From Chiloscyllium plagiosum (Eukaryota), in the NCBI RefSeq assembly GCF_004010195.1, contig NC_057719.1, positions 49,507,272 to 49,571,271 on the forward strand: a stretch of 64,000 nucleotides of DNA, read 5' to 3'. This document shows positions 39,680-51,899 of the stretch, in pieces (within the stretch, counting starts at the first letter, position 1; each line of letters opens with the position of its first letter). The notes below the pieces were generated by a model that was not told the origin of the DNA, did not search any database, and saw nothing but the letters and a program-made list of their open reading frames with translations. Made by a program: the position numbers and the translations under genes.

Positions 39680-41012
39680 TCACTGCCCACTGGAGGGTGG
39701 CAAATGTTCTTCTGTTGGTCAAGAAAGGAAATGCAGATAATCCTGGGAATTAGAGACCAGTCGGCCTTGGGTCAGTGGTGAGCAAAGTATTGGAGAGGAT
39801 TCTGAGAAACTAGGATTTACGAATACTTAGAAAACCATAGCTTGATTAGAGAGAGCATAGCTTTGTGAGGGGCAGGTCCTGCCTCTCAAATCTTATTGAG
39901 GGTGTCACAAAATGCATTGATGAAGTTAGAGCAGTGGATGTGGTATATACATGGGTTTTAGCAAGATGTTTGATAAGGTTCGCCATGGTAGGCTCAGAAA
40001 GTAAGCCGAATGGGTTACAGGGAAATCTGTTTGTCTGGATACAGAATTGGCTAGCCCACAGAAGATAGAGGATGGTGGTGATCAGTGGTGTTCCATAGGA
40101 ATCAGTTCCTATAAATTATTGGATGAGGAAGTGATACGGTGGATTAGTAAGTTTGCCAATGACATAAAGGTTGGTAGAGTTGTATGTTGCACCGGACATT
40201 GATGGAATGCAGAACTGGGCTGAGAAGTGGCAGATGGAGTTCTTCCTGGAAAAGTGTGAAGTTATTCACTTTGGACGGTCGAATTTGAACCCAGAATACA
40301 GGCAGGTTAAAGGCAGGATTCTTGGCAATGTGGAGGAACAGAAGGATCCTGGGGTCCACATCCATAGGTCCTTCAAAGTTGCCACCCAGTTCGATAGGGT
40401 TGTTAAGAAGGCATATGGTGTGTTGGCTTTCATTAGCAGGGGGACTGAATTTAAGAGATGCGAGGTTATGCTGCAGCTCTACAGAGCCATGGTTAGACCA
40501 CACTTGAATATTCAATTCAGTTCTGATTGCCTCATAGGAAAGATGCAGAAGCTTCAGAGAGTGTGCAAAGGAAATTTACCAGGATGCTGCCTGGACTAGA
40601 GGGCATGTCTTAGGTTGAGAGAGCTAGGGCTTTTCTCATTGGAGCGAAGAAGGATGAGACATGACTTGGAGGTGTACAAAAGTTTGAGAGGCATAGATAG
40701 AGTGGATGGCCAGAGACTTTTCCCCATAGCGGAAATGTCTGTCACGAGAATTTTAAGGTAATTGGAGCATGGTTTACAGGAGATGTCAGAGGTAGGTTCT
40801 TTACACAGTGTGTGGTGGGTGCATGGAATGCACTGCCCACAGTGCTAGTAGAGTCAGACGCATTAGGGACATTTAAGCGTCTCTTGGATAGACACATGGA
40901 GGATAGTACAAGGAAAGGTGTGTAGGTTAGTCTGACCTTAGAGTAGGATAAAGGGCCACCACAACATAGAGGGCTGAAGGGCCCCTACTGTGCTGTATTG
41001 TCTGTGTTCTAT
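39680..41012 (+). mobile_element. CR1 LINE RT and 3' end
   Basis: GRSCLSNLIE, WAEKWQMEFF.EKCEVIHFG; tail gggctgaagggcccctactgtgctgt. Confidence 0.92.
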
Positions 41013-44000
41013 GTAAGTGACCAAGCTACTGAAGTCTAAGTAACTGAACTTCTGGGTATTGATAAGCAATAATAGTATCTGCGACTGAAATTTTTCATCA
41101 AGACAGCGTTTATTTCTGAATATAAACATATTTCATTCTTCTTAAAGAATGTGTGTTTAGAAAATACATGGATGGAGAATATGAAGCAAAAACTAAAGTG
41201 CTGTGCTTAAAAAGTTGCCTGTACTGACCATCTGCCTTCTGGTTTCTCACAAGCAAGCAGGGCTCAAACACAGCTCCACAACTAAATTATGAATTCATAC
41301 TAGTACTAATGTCTATTTTTATTTCACTGCCTCTTGTGTGTTTTGCAGCTTATATAAATTGCAAGTCGGTCATGCATTTTTAAGTAAATAAATGTTACAA
41401 GGCGATGATTCTTCACCTGATACATGGGGAGTACGGATGGGTACATTACCAGTACTATTTTCCATTTCATTATTTTGCAAAGCTGGCTATCAGACTGCTA
41501 TCAAACATTCAATCCTTATCTCAATGGTAAAGAGTGTATGGAAAAACATTCAATTGTGTTGTCAAGTTATGTTCTCTGAAGAAATGGAAAGGCACTATAT
41601 ACCTTCTGGATTCTACACCACAGTGCATATGAGTGCTTAAAAATACCAAGATATTGTTCTCTATTGTGGGTGGACTTTTTTTTAATTTTTGAAGGGTTGC
41701 ATCTCAGCGTGCCACACTACAAAAAAGTGCAGCCAATTATTCTAACAATTTCTTATTTCTGAAGTACCAGTTCTCGAAGCTTGTTTTAAGAGAATTAAGA
41801 ATTTGATTGGCAAACATCTAGATTATCTTACGAACAAAAGAGAAATTGCTGATGGCAGTTCAGTATGTATTAAGATTTTCATTTTAAATGTAACTTTATA
41901 ATTTTAAGTTCATAGAATATATTTTCAATAAAGTACCCAAATCACTTGAAAGCTTCCAATGTTTGTATGTTTATAGTGCTGTATATCAATCCTCGAGGGT
42001 TTGTATAAATATTCATCAATCCTTAGTATCATTATGCTTGAGATTTTAGCTGTTCAGTGGAATATTTATTCTGCATTTACTTGTGATAGGAATTTAAATT
42101 TTTAGAACTTGTAATTTAAAACTTAAAAAGTAAAGTTGCCGTGTGTTAGCAGACCAGAGAACTGTTGTCTCAATAGAGAGACAACTTCAACCTTGCTTTG
42201 TTTTGAAACTTGTGATGGTTTTAAAGAATTTGGGTGTCTTTTAAACTGTCCAAAGAATGCTAAGTGGCTGCATTTCTTTACTTTTTAAAATGTGACTTTT
42301 TTTCCTGTTCCAATTTTTGATCCTTAGAGGGCATTATGAAAAAGACACACTATGCTTGTTTTGTACACAATCTTTCAGTTATACTGTGAAATGCAATGTA
42401 TTTCAAACACTTGAGAAGTGGCAATGTTTTGAAGTAACCCTGAAAGCCAGATAAACTAAAGACCATTAGGTGCAAAGAGGTAAATTATACAGGGTATGCT
42501 ATTTTTCTGTGATTTGTTGGAGCTGTGTAGAAGCTGGAAGAAAAAATCAAACATCTATCGAGCGTTAGGTTCAGCTTTAGGAACATTCTTGAGTACAAAT
42601 TGTGCTTTCTAAAATGCCATAACAGAGCACACTGCAAATAATACAACAGAAAGTGGTGCACTTCTAGTGATCCTACTCCTTGACCAGGGCCCTGGGTTCA
42701 AGTCCCACCTGCTCCAGACGTGTGTAATAACATCCCTGAACAAAGTTAAAAATCACACAACACCAGGTTATAGTCCAACCGATTTAATTAGAAGCACACT
42801 AGCTTTCGGAACGTCATTCTTTCATCAGGTGATAGTGGAGGACTCAATCCTAAGACACAGAATTTACAGCAAAAATTTAGTGTGATGTAACTGAAATTAT
42901 ACGTTGAAAAATACCTTGATTGTCTGTTGAGTCTTTCATCTGTTTGAATACCATGATAGTTACACTTTCATGTGTAAATCACAAAACCTTTTTTTCTTAC
43001 AGCAGGCGCCACAACCTTGAAATTCAGATGGAGTCCACACTCTCAGTCCACACTCAGGATACATCAGTACAATTACGCGACATTGCCAAACAGACAAGGT
43101 GACAAAACTACACCACAAACATACAAACCAAGAACAAAAAACTGGAGAAACTTGGCATTCTCACCAGTAATCAGTCATCACAGGGATCTGTAGAGGAGTG
43201 ACCAAAGAAGGTGTCTACTTAGACCCCACCGGAGGGCCGCTGCCCTGGGCTTGACATGTATGCTCAAACCGTCAGGAAATAAAGAAATGCCAGATTCCTC
43301 AGCTGCACCCAGGACATTCAGCCTCAGACCTTCGGGTGACCATCCTCCAAGGTGGACTTCGGGACAGGCAGCAGAGAAAAGTGGCTGAGCAGAGGCTGAT
43401 AGCTAAGTTCGGTACCCATAGGGAGGGCCTCAACCGGGACCTTGGGTTCATGTCACCTTACAGGTGATCACCATTGCACTGGTTAGTGGCAGCAGAATCA
43501 ATGTTATGGAAATTATAATTTCACCACAACCTTGCGAGAATGTTAGGTAGTTACTGGGTAGTCTCTGTGTCGTAATCTTGAGCTCTACATTGGATACATT
43601 TTCAATTTAATATTTTTATTTATTATATTTTGAATTCAAAACACTGAACATTGTGATGAGCCTTTGTGGCAACTGCAAAATCAGTAGCTTACTTGGAAAG
43701 AACGGAAAAGCTTAAGAACATAAGATATAAGAGCATGATTGGGCCTTTTTGCCCCTCAAACTTGCCCCATCAGTCAATAAGATCATGGCTGATCTGCCTC
43801 AGGTCTCAACTCCTTTTTCCTGTCAGCTCATTATAGTCGTCTATCCAGATTCCTGATATTTCAAAAATCTACCTACCTCTTCTTCAAATATTTTCTTTAA
43901 TTTAGTCTTCATTAATCTCTGGGACAGAAAATTCCAGACAATAACAACACTCTTGGAGAAGGATTTTCTCATTACCTAAGTTTTGAATAGATGATTTGGA

Positions 44001-44124
44001 GATGCCAGTGTTGGACTGGGGTGTACAAAGTTAAAAATCACACAACATCAGGTTATAGTCCAACAGGTTTAATTGGAAGCACACTAGCTTTTGGATTGAT
44101 TCTAATCTAAAAAGTGAGATAACA

Positions 44125-44350
44125 GAGTGTGTGTGTGGGAGTGTGTGTGTGTGTCTGGGGTGGGGGGTTGTGAGTGTCTGTGAAGAGAGTGTATGTGTGT
44201 ATGCATGAGTGTAGAGTGGTCTAAGTCTCTGAGAGGATGCCTGTGTGAGTGTGGGAGTGTGTGTGATTGTGTGTGTGCGTGTTGTGTATATGTGTGTCCG
44301 TGTGTGTGTGTGTATATAGGCGTGTGTGTAGGAGTGTCTGTGTGTGTGTA
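44125..44350. repeat. Imperfect (GT)n microsatellite in the PLE 3' UTR
   Basis: gtgtgt-rich run. Confidence 0.9.
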
Positions 44351-44364
44351 TAGTGAAATGGTGG

Positions 44365-46988
44365 TCACCTGTAATGTGACATGAACCCAGTGTCCCGGTT
44401 GAGGCCATCCCTATGGGTATCGAACTTAGCTATCAGCCTCTGCTCCCCTACTTTTCGCTGCTGTCTGTCCTGAAGTCCGCCTTGGAGGATGGTCACCCGA
44501 AGGTCCGAGGTCGAATGTCCTGGATCGCTGGAGTGTTCCCCAACTGGGAGGGAACATTCCTGTCTGTTGACTGTTGTGCGGTGCCCATTCATCCGTTGTC
44601 ATAGCCTATGCTCAGATTCCTCAATGTACTATGCTTCAGGACATCCTTGCCTGCAACGGAAAAGATACACGTTGGCTGAGTCACATGAGTACCTGCCATG
44701 TGCAAGGTGGAAGGTGTCCCCTCATGTAATGGTGGTATCCATGTCCACACTCTGACACGTCTTGCAGCTCCTACCATGACAGGGTTGTATGGAGTTGTCC
44801 TGAGAGCCAGGTAGCTTGCTACGAACAATGATTTGTTTGAAGTTTGGCAGTTGTTTAAAGGCAAGTAGTGGAGGTGTGGGGAAGGTCTTGGCGAGGTGCT
44901 CATCCTCATAGGTGATGTGTTATAGGTCATGAAGAACATGGCGTAGTTTTTCAGCTCCTGGGAAATACTGAACAATGAAGGGTATCCTCTCAGTTGCAGC
45001 ACGTGTCTGTCTCCTGAGGAGGTTGTTACGGTTCCTTGTTGTGGCACGTCGGAACTGGTGGTCGATGAGTTGGGCACCATACCCCATTCTTGTGAATGCA
45101 TCCCTGAGTACTTCCAGGTGCCCGTCACGTTCCTCTTCATTTGAGCAGATCCGGTGTAAGCGTAAGGCTTGGCCATAGGGGATGGCTGTTTTAATATGTT
45201 TTGGGTGGAAGCTGGAGAAGTGTAGCATTGTGAGGTTGTCTGTGGGTTTGCGGTAGAGTGTGGTGCTGAGGTGTCCATCTTTGATGGAGTTGCATGTGTC
45301 CAAGAATGAGACAGATAGTCGAGTAGTCCATGGTGAGTTTGATGGTGGGATGAAACTTGTTGATGTCACTGTGTAGTTTTCAGTGACTCCTCGCCATGGG
45401 TCCAGAGGAAGAAAATGTCAATGTACCTGGCGTATAATGTTGGTTGCAGATCCTGCATAGAGAAGACGTCTTGTTCGAACCTGTGCAAAAAATTGTTGGC
45501 ATATTGGGGTGCAAATTTGGTCCCCATGGCTGTTCCATGTGTCTGGATGAAGAACTGATTGTCAAAGGTGAAGACGTTGTGATCAAGGATAAAACGGATG
45601 AGTTGTAGGATGGTGTTTGGAGATTGGCAGTTGTTGGTGTTGAGTACTGAGGCTGTTGCCGCGATGCCATCATTGTGGGGAATGCTGATGTAGAGTGCTG
45701 AGACATCCATTGTGACGAGGAATGTTCCCGGTTCGACTGGTCCGTGGGTGCTGAGTTTCTGTAAGAAATCTGCAGTGTCACAACAGAAGCTGGGGATCTC
45801 CTGTACAATAGGTTTCAAAATGCCTTCAACATAGCCGGAGAGATTGTCACACAGGGTCCCATTGCCCGATACGATGGGACATTCTGGTGTGTTGGCTTTG
45901 TGTACCTTTGGAAGGCAGTAGAAGTCACCTACACGAGAAGTACGTGGGATGAGGGCATGTAGAGACCTCTGAAGGATTGGATCCAAAGTTCTGATCAATG
46001 TGTTTAATTCACAGGTGTGTTCTTTGGTCGGATCAGCTGTAGTTGCCTGTCGTGTTCCTGGTTGTTCAGTTGTCGGTACATTTCCTTGCAGTAATCTGAA
46101 TGCCAATGGCTCCTCCTTTATCTGCTGGTTTGATGACAATGTTGTGATTGGTTTTGAGAGCCTAGTTGGCATTGCGTTGTGAATGGGTGATGTTTTGCTC
46201 TACCTTGTGGGTACGGCTGATGAATCTGGCATTTATATATTTCCTGATTGTTTGAGCATACATGTCAAGCCCAGGGCAGCGGCTCTCCAGTGGGGTCCAC
46301 CTTTGGTCGCTCCTCTACAGATCCCTGTGATGACTGTTCCAGTTCATCAGTGGGCACATTGGGATCACTGCTGGCACCTTGAAAGAATTTCCGGAGTCTC
46401 ATTCGTCTGACGAACTCCTCCGTGTCTGCTGCCAGAACCAACGGGTCCATTTTGGTGGTGGGGCAGAAGTTGAGACCCCTGTTCAGGACTTCAATCTCTT
46501 CCGGTCGAAGGGTGTGGTCCAATAAGTTGATAATAGACTTTCCCACAGTGATGTTATCCACTGTGGTGCCAGGGTGGGCTTTGCTATTACTGGTGAGAAT
46601 GCCAGGTTTCTCCAGCTTTTTGTTCTTTGTTTGTATGTACGTGGTGTAGTTTTGTCGCCTTGTCTGTTTGGCAATGTCGTGTAATTGTACTGATGTATCC
46701 TGAGTGTGGACTGAGAGTGTGGACTCCATCTGAATTTCAAGGTTGTGGCGCCTGCTGTAGAGTTGGTGCATGAGATGATTGAGGAGTTTACGAGAAGTGC
46801 GATGGCAAAGTCTCTGCATAATCTGTGTTGTAGGTCGACTTGAGTGGGTTCGTGATCTGTCATCCTTTTGGGATCTTTCCTGCTTGCCTGCATTCCTGTA
46901 GAAACTTGATGTCTGTGTCGATATGTGCGATCTTCTTGGAGATCCTCTCCACTTTAAGCCGGCAATTAGTGGTGTCGATAGTAGTCAT
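44365..46988 (-). pseudogene. Near full-length, frameshifted PLE ORF (RT + GIY-YIG endonuclease)
   Basis: MTTIDTTNCRLKVE..FLQECRQAGKIPKG; LNRGLNFCPT; FYCLPKVHK; LVTMDVSALY; GTAMGTKFAPQYAN; YARYID; SFLD..LYRKPTD; C-terminal RKVGEQRLIAKF..GLN. Confidence 0.93.
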
Positions 46989-47111
46989 GGTATTCGTACA
47001 GATGAAAGACTCAACAGACAATCAAGGTATTTTTCAATGTATAATTTCAGTTACATCGCACTGTAAATTTTTGCTGTAAATTCGGTGTCTTAGGATTGAG
47101 TCCTCCACTAT

Positions 47112-47146
47112 CACCTGATGAAGGAGCGATGCTCTGAAAGCTAGTG
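47112..47146 (+). ncRNA. Minimal hammerhead ribozyme motif (mirror copy at ~42798-42832 on minus)
   Basis: cac CUGAUGA a ggagc-gau-gcucu GAAAG CUA gug; palindromic AGCU stem III. Confidence 0.78.
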
Positions 47147-48991
47147 TGCTTCCAATTAAACCTGTTGGACAATAACCTGGTGTTGTGATTTTTAACTTTG
47201 TACATCCCAGTCCAACACCGGCATCTCCAAATCATCCCTGAACAGGTTGATTAGAAAAATAGTGTAAATACTTGACAGGTCTGGCAATATCTGACCTTTC
47301 ACCAGAGCAGAGATTTTCTGTTTGTAGATTTGAAAATGATTGTAACAAGTTGATGCCAGTGTTCTCTTCAAGGGAAAAGAAATGTTTCATCATGTAATGT
47401 CCATCAACCTTCGCTTCCCATTGGAGCTCTGTATTTAAAATTATACGGACCAAACAGGATTTAGAGCAGCAGGATCAGCTTTAAATCATGCTGCCCTCAG
47501 AAGCCTGCCGTTTTGCTGCTGGTGTTCTGTGCATGTTCAAAGCTTAGATTTGTGGTCTAAAACAAAATGGAGATGAGGTTGGCAATCAGTCACAGCCTTA
47601 TCGTGTAGCATGTTCAATGAGCTGAATGACTTATTCCTTTTTTAGTAGCTATTGAGACAGACACATTCACACATACCTAGATTGCACTGGTTTCAGTTTC
47701 ACATCTTATAATTTCTGCAGAACAAATGCCTTTTCTTGGGCTCAGAGCAGTGAATGTTCCATTTTATTTGTGTAGTTTTTTTTGTGGTGGCTGCAAGATC
47801 TGGATAGTAAGAGTACAGCCTGTTCTTGTTTGTCAAAGAAAGGCTTCTTCTATCAAATTACCCATTAGTCATTTGGACAGCTGGATTGCAAAGCAGAATG
47901 ACCCCAACAATGTGGGCTGAGGTCACCATGAAGGACACTCCTTCTCAACCTCTACCCTCACCTAAGGTGTGGTGACCCTCACGTTAAACCGCCATCAGTC
48001 ATCTCTCAAAGAAGAGCAAGCCTATGATCTGATAAGACAATGGCATCTTTTAGACCTGAGTAATGCTGAAAAATGACACATTTTGCCAAAGCATTTTGTC
48101 TTGTACTCATCAGAACAATTTGTAGGAATACTAACTCAAGGAAACAAACAACATTTATGCTGCATTAAAGGAAAGCCTGATTGGTAAAGGTGAAATCTAT
48201 TGATAATGATTACTCAAGTTATTGTCCTGGGAAATGAACTAGCAAATGTCTGTTATCTTTTAGTTGATTTGTTGCACTGATTTAGTAGCAGGGTTCCACA
48301 GCTTAAATTAAGCAGAATGCGCCAACAGCAGCAGACAGTTTATTTTTTGAAATGAAAACACATGTAGTTTGATAGGTCATTGCTAATTACTCTCACTCAT
48401 CATATTGGTTCTTGCTTTGTAGTTGCACACTAATGTAACAATTTCTGTACGATAAGACAAAGAAATGTAGACCTATCATTTTACATGGAATAGTGATTCA
48501 AATAGATGAATCTACAGAATACAGTTCGCTCCTAATTTAAGTTTGATTTTACCAGCAAAGATTTTAATTATTGAGTTATTTGAATTTAGCAATGTGAATA
48601 ATTCGATACCTCCAGCTATGAGAATACCATCAGTTGAATTGGGCATCAGTAATATATAGTTGTAGTCATTATCCTTCCGAAAGCAGTGTTTGAAATTCTC
48701 CAAAATATTCTATACTATTATGGGCTCTCTACTGTGGTCATGGCTATACTTTTATGCAACATGTCCACTTATCAATACAGTTGCTTTTGGATTATAAGGG
48801 AATAATCATTGTTTCTTTTGATTTGTTCACAGGATGTGGTTATCGCTGTCTAGGCCAGCCTTTATTGCCTATCTCAAATTGTTAAAAATTGGCCACATTC
48901 TAGGTCTGGAGACACATATAGGCCAAATCAAGCAAAAATGGCTGATTTCCTTCCCTAAAGGGCATTTGTGAACAAATGGGTTTTTATGACC

Positions 48992-49214
48992 AGATTAGAG
49001 TGGTGCTGGAAAAAGGCAGCATCCACGGAGCAGTAAAATCGACGTTTTGGGCCAAAACCCTTCATCAGGAAGGGCTGCAGTGATGAAGAGCTGATTGCTG
49101 ATGAAGGGTTTTTGCCTGAAACATCAATTTTCCTGGTCCTCTGATGCTCCTGACCTACTGTGCTTTTCCAGCACCACTCTAAACTTAACTCTAATCTCCA
49201 GTGTCTGCAGTGCC
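48992..49214. mobile_element. Older PLE-derived fold-back mini-element
   Basis: Arms agagtggtgctggaaaa...cccttcatcag / ctgatgaaggg...ttttccagcaccactct. Hammerhead cores mutated; no clear TSD. Confidence 0.78.
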
Positions 49215-49533
49215 ACAATTGACTGTGATTGCATGCTCATTAGATCAGCTCTTTATTCCAGATTTTTGCTGAAATCAAACTTCATTCTCTTTTCTGATGT
49301 GATTCAAACTCATGTTCCCAATAGCATTGGCTCTGCATTGCCACCCAACTGCTTCCCATTCCCTATCATCTCCAACTCTTTCACAGTCCTCTGTTTAGAG
49401 TTTGAGAGTATAATTTGGCAGTTGGTTTATGTAGTTTAAATGAAATGGAGAAATTCTTTGCACATACACATTTTCTTTTGCAATTTTCACCCTGCCTAAC
49501 CGCACAGTTTGGTTTCTTTTTGGTTGAACATTT

Positions 49534-49859
49534 GGTGGCACAGTGGCTCAGTGGTTAGCATGGCTGCCTCACAGCGCCAGGGACCTAGGTTCGATTCCAG
49601 CCTCAGGTGACTGTCTGTGTGGAGTTTGCACATTCTCCCCGCGTCTGCGTGGGTTTCCTCCAGGTGCTCTGGTTTCCTCTCACCATCCAAAGATGTGCAG
49701 GTCCCGTGAATTGACCATACTAAATTGCCGGTAGTGTTACGTGCATTAGTCAGGGGTAAATATAGCGGAATGGGTCTGGGTGGGTTACTCTTCGGAGGGT
49801 CGGTGTGGACTTGTTGGGCCAAAGGGCCTGTTTTTGTACTGTAGGGAATCTAATCTAAT
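49534..49859 (+). mobile_element. HE1-type SINE
   Basis: ggtggcacagtggctcagtggttagca...ggttcgattcc, V-domain, tail aatctaatctaa. Confidence 0.92.
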
Positions 49860-49979
49860 TTTCCCTTCAGTTTTGTGGTACTGAGGCAAAAAAGGGGGTG
49901 GGGACAAAACGCTAAACCAAAGTGGATATGAAGAGGAGTGATCAAAAAGTTGATCAGTGGTGGGTTTTATGAAGTGTTT

Positions 49980-50325
49980 GTGGGACATGATTGTCCAGTG
50001 GTTATTATCACTAAACTATTAATCCTGAGTCCCAGGTAATATTCTGGGTACCCAGGTTTGAATTACATCATGGCAGATAGTGAAATTTCAGTTCAATAGA
50101 ACACTGGAATTAGAAGTCTAATAATGCCCACGAATCCATTGTCAATTTGTCAGGAAAAACCTATCTGGTTCAATAATGTCCTTTTAGGAAAAGAAACTGA
50201 CACTTTACCTGGTAGCACATGTGACTCCAGAACCATAACAATGTGATTGACTCTGACTCTAAGCTACCCTCTGGGCAATGAATGCTGGCCTCGCCAGTGA
50301 GGCACACATCCCATGAATGATTTTT
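49980..50325 (+). mobile_element. tRNA-headed SINE (second family)
   Basis: Decayed A/B-box head and 3' end gctggcctcgccagtgaggcacacatcccatgaatga. Reverse-oriented relatives at ~23245-23310 and 48810-48990. Confidence 0.65.
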
Positions 50326-51899
50326 TTTAAAGGAGTAAAAGCATGACTTTGAGGAATAAATTCCAATGTGAGTGTTCTGAGCAACTGAAAGAATAGCCAC
50401 AGATGATAGGTTGTATGAAGTTATTTTCAATGTTGGCAGCTAGTATATAAAGATTTGGCATTGGTTGGCAAAGGATACAGATGTGAGGAGTGGTATGCCT
50501 ATAAAGGCATTTAAATGCAAAATAAGAATTTTTAACCTGGAACTGGGAACAAATGTCAGCAAGAACGGATGAGAAATGCACAGCAGTGTTTTGGATAGGC
50601 TGGAGTTTAAAAGATGAAAGGCTACCCATGAATACAAAAGAATAGTGGAGTTTGGAGTTGATCAGAGCATGAATGATGAGCTATATTATGGCAGTGGAAG
50701 TAGTTTTTATGATAGAGTTCACTGAATAATGAGAATTATTTTCCACTCCCAAATTATAACCACAATCTCCAATTCAATGGCTATCTTGAGCATCACTCTG
50801 GAGATCAAATTCTTAATTAATGTGCCTCAGGATTGAATTCTGACCATTTTAGTGATTGCCACCTTACTGCCATATTAGCAAGAAATAGCAATGGTGAGTG
50901 AGAAGCAACCTTTTGCCTTCTTGCTCTCAGCATATCTGGAACAATGCTTTGTAACCAAGCTTCAGGGGAATATTAGCATAAGTTACAGGCACCTTGGAGG
51001 TGTTGGGGGTCTCAAGATTTTATTTAGTAATGAGGTTCAGACCGCTGAAAACAGATTGTAAACGTTTTCATATCTGTGACAAATAGTCTGTTGTTTGGAG
51101 GGTACTATATTAAATTCTTTATTACAGCTAAGGATGAGTACTTCTATCTGATACATTGGAAGTTGCTGTTTCAAGCCAACCTGAGTTGCGGAAAAAAATA
51201 ATAGGCTATTTTTGTACCAGCCTTTAAAGATAAACTTTATACATTCTACAGAAGCATATATGTGAGTCCATGCATAACAAATAGATGAAGCTTTATATGG
51301 TTTCCTACTTTTATGTAAAATTCATCACTGTTTTATTGCACTGGCTTTTCTATATCTAAAGTGTATTAATACCAGTTATGCTGATAAAGCCCTCAGCCTC
51401 TATGGTCCTAAATATTCTATATATCCTACATAAAAGTTTGAATTTTTAAGCGTTTCCCAGTAGATTAGGATGACAATACTGCACAAAAATGTTGCTGATA
51501 ACAAAATCCACAAATGAAGCAAGAATATTCACTGCTGACATTGAAGAATGCTCTTGTGATATGATCTATTAGTCCCAGGATTGAAGACAATCTGAAGCAG
51601 CAGTAATAGAAATAAGATGTGTTATCTTTGGCTCATGTACAATTCAGTGAACATTATCTGTATTAGTCTTACCTTTAAAATAAAAAAACTTGCATTATTG
51701 TGTCATCCAACTTTGTGTAATTGGTATATTTACACCTAAGAAATGAGTGTAACATCATTGCAGCTTGTGATTTCTGAACATTTTTGATATTTAAGTACAC
51801 AACCTAGCATTCTGGGAGTATGTTATTGAAGATTTGTCTGCAGAATGTACAAGTCTCGATCCTTCCACATATAGATGAAAAGAACTAAACATTTTCTGG

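Larger units (their letters stand above)
42743..47235. mobile_element. Composite Penelope-like (Neptune-like) insertion within a short SINE
   Basis: 12-bp TSD catccctgaaca at 42731-42742 and 47233-47244. Three copies of the terminal repeat (42743 antisense, 43991 antisense, ending at 47235 sense). Confidence 0.85.

Noticed and set aside
44031..44408. His/Thr-rich and Cys/Val-rich ORFs
   Set aside because: Translations of the (CA)n/(GT)n microsatellite.
49534..49605. tRNA genes at SINE heads (also 3630-3700, 54095-54166)
   Set aside because: A/B boxes continue directly into the SINE V-domain and LINE-like tail; no complete cloverleaf.
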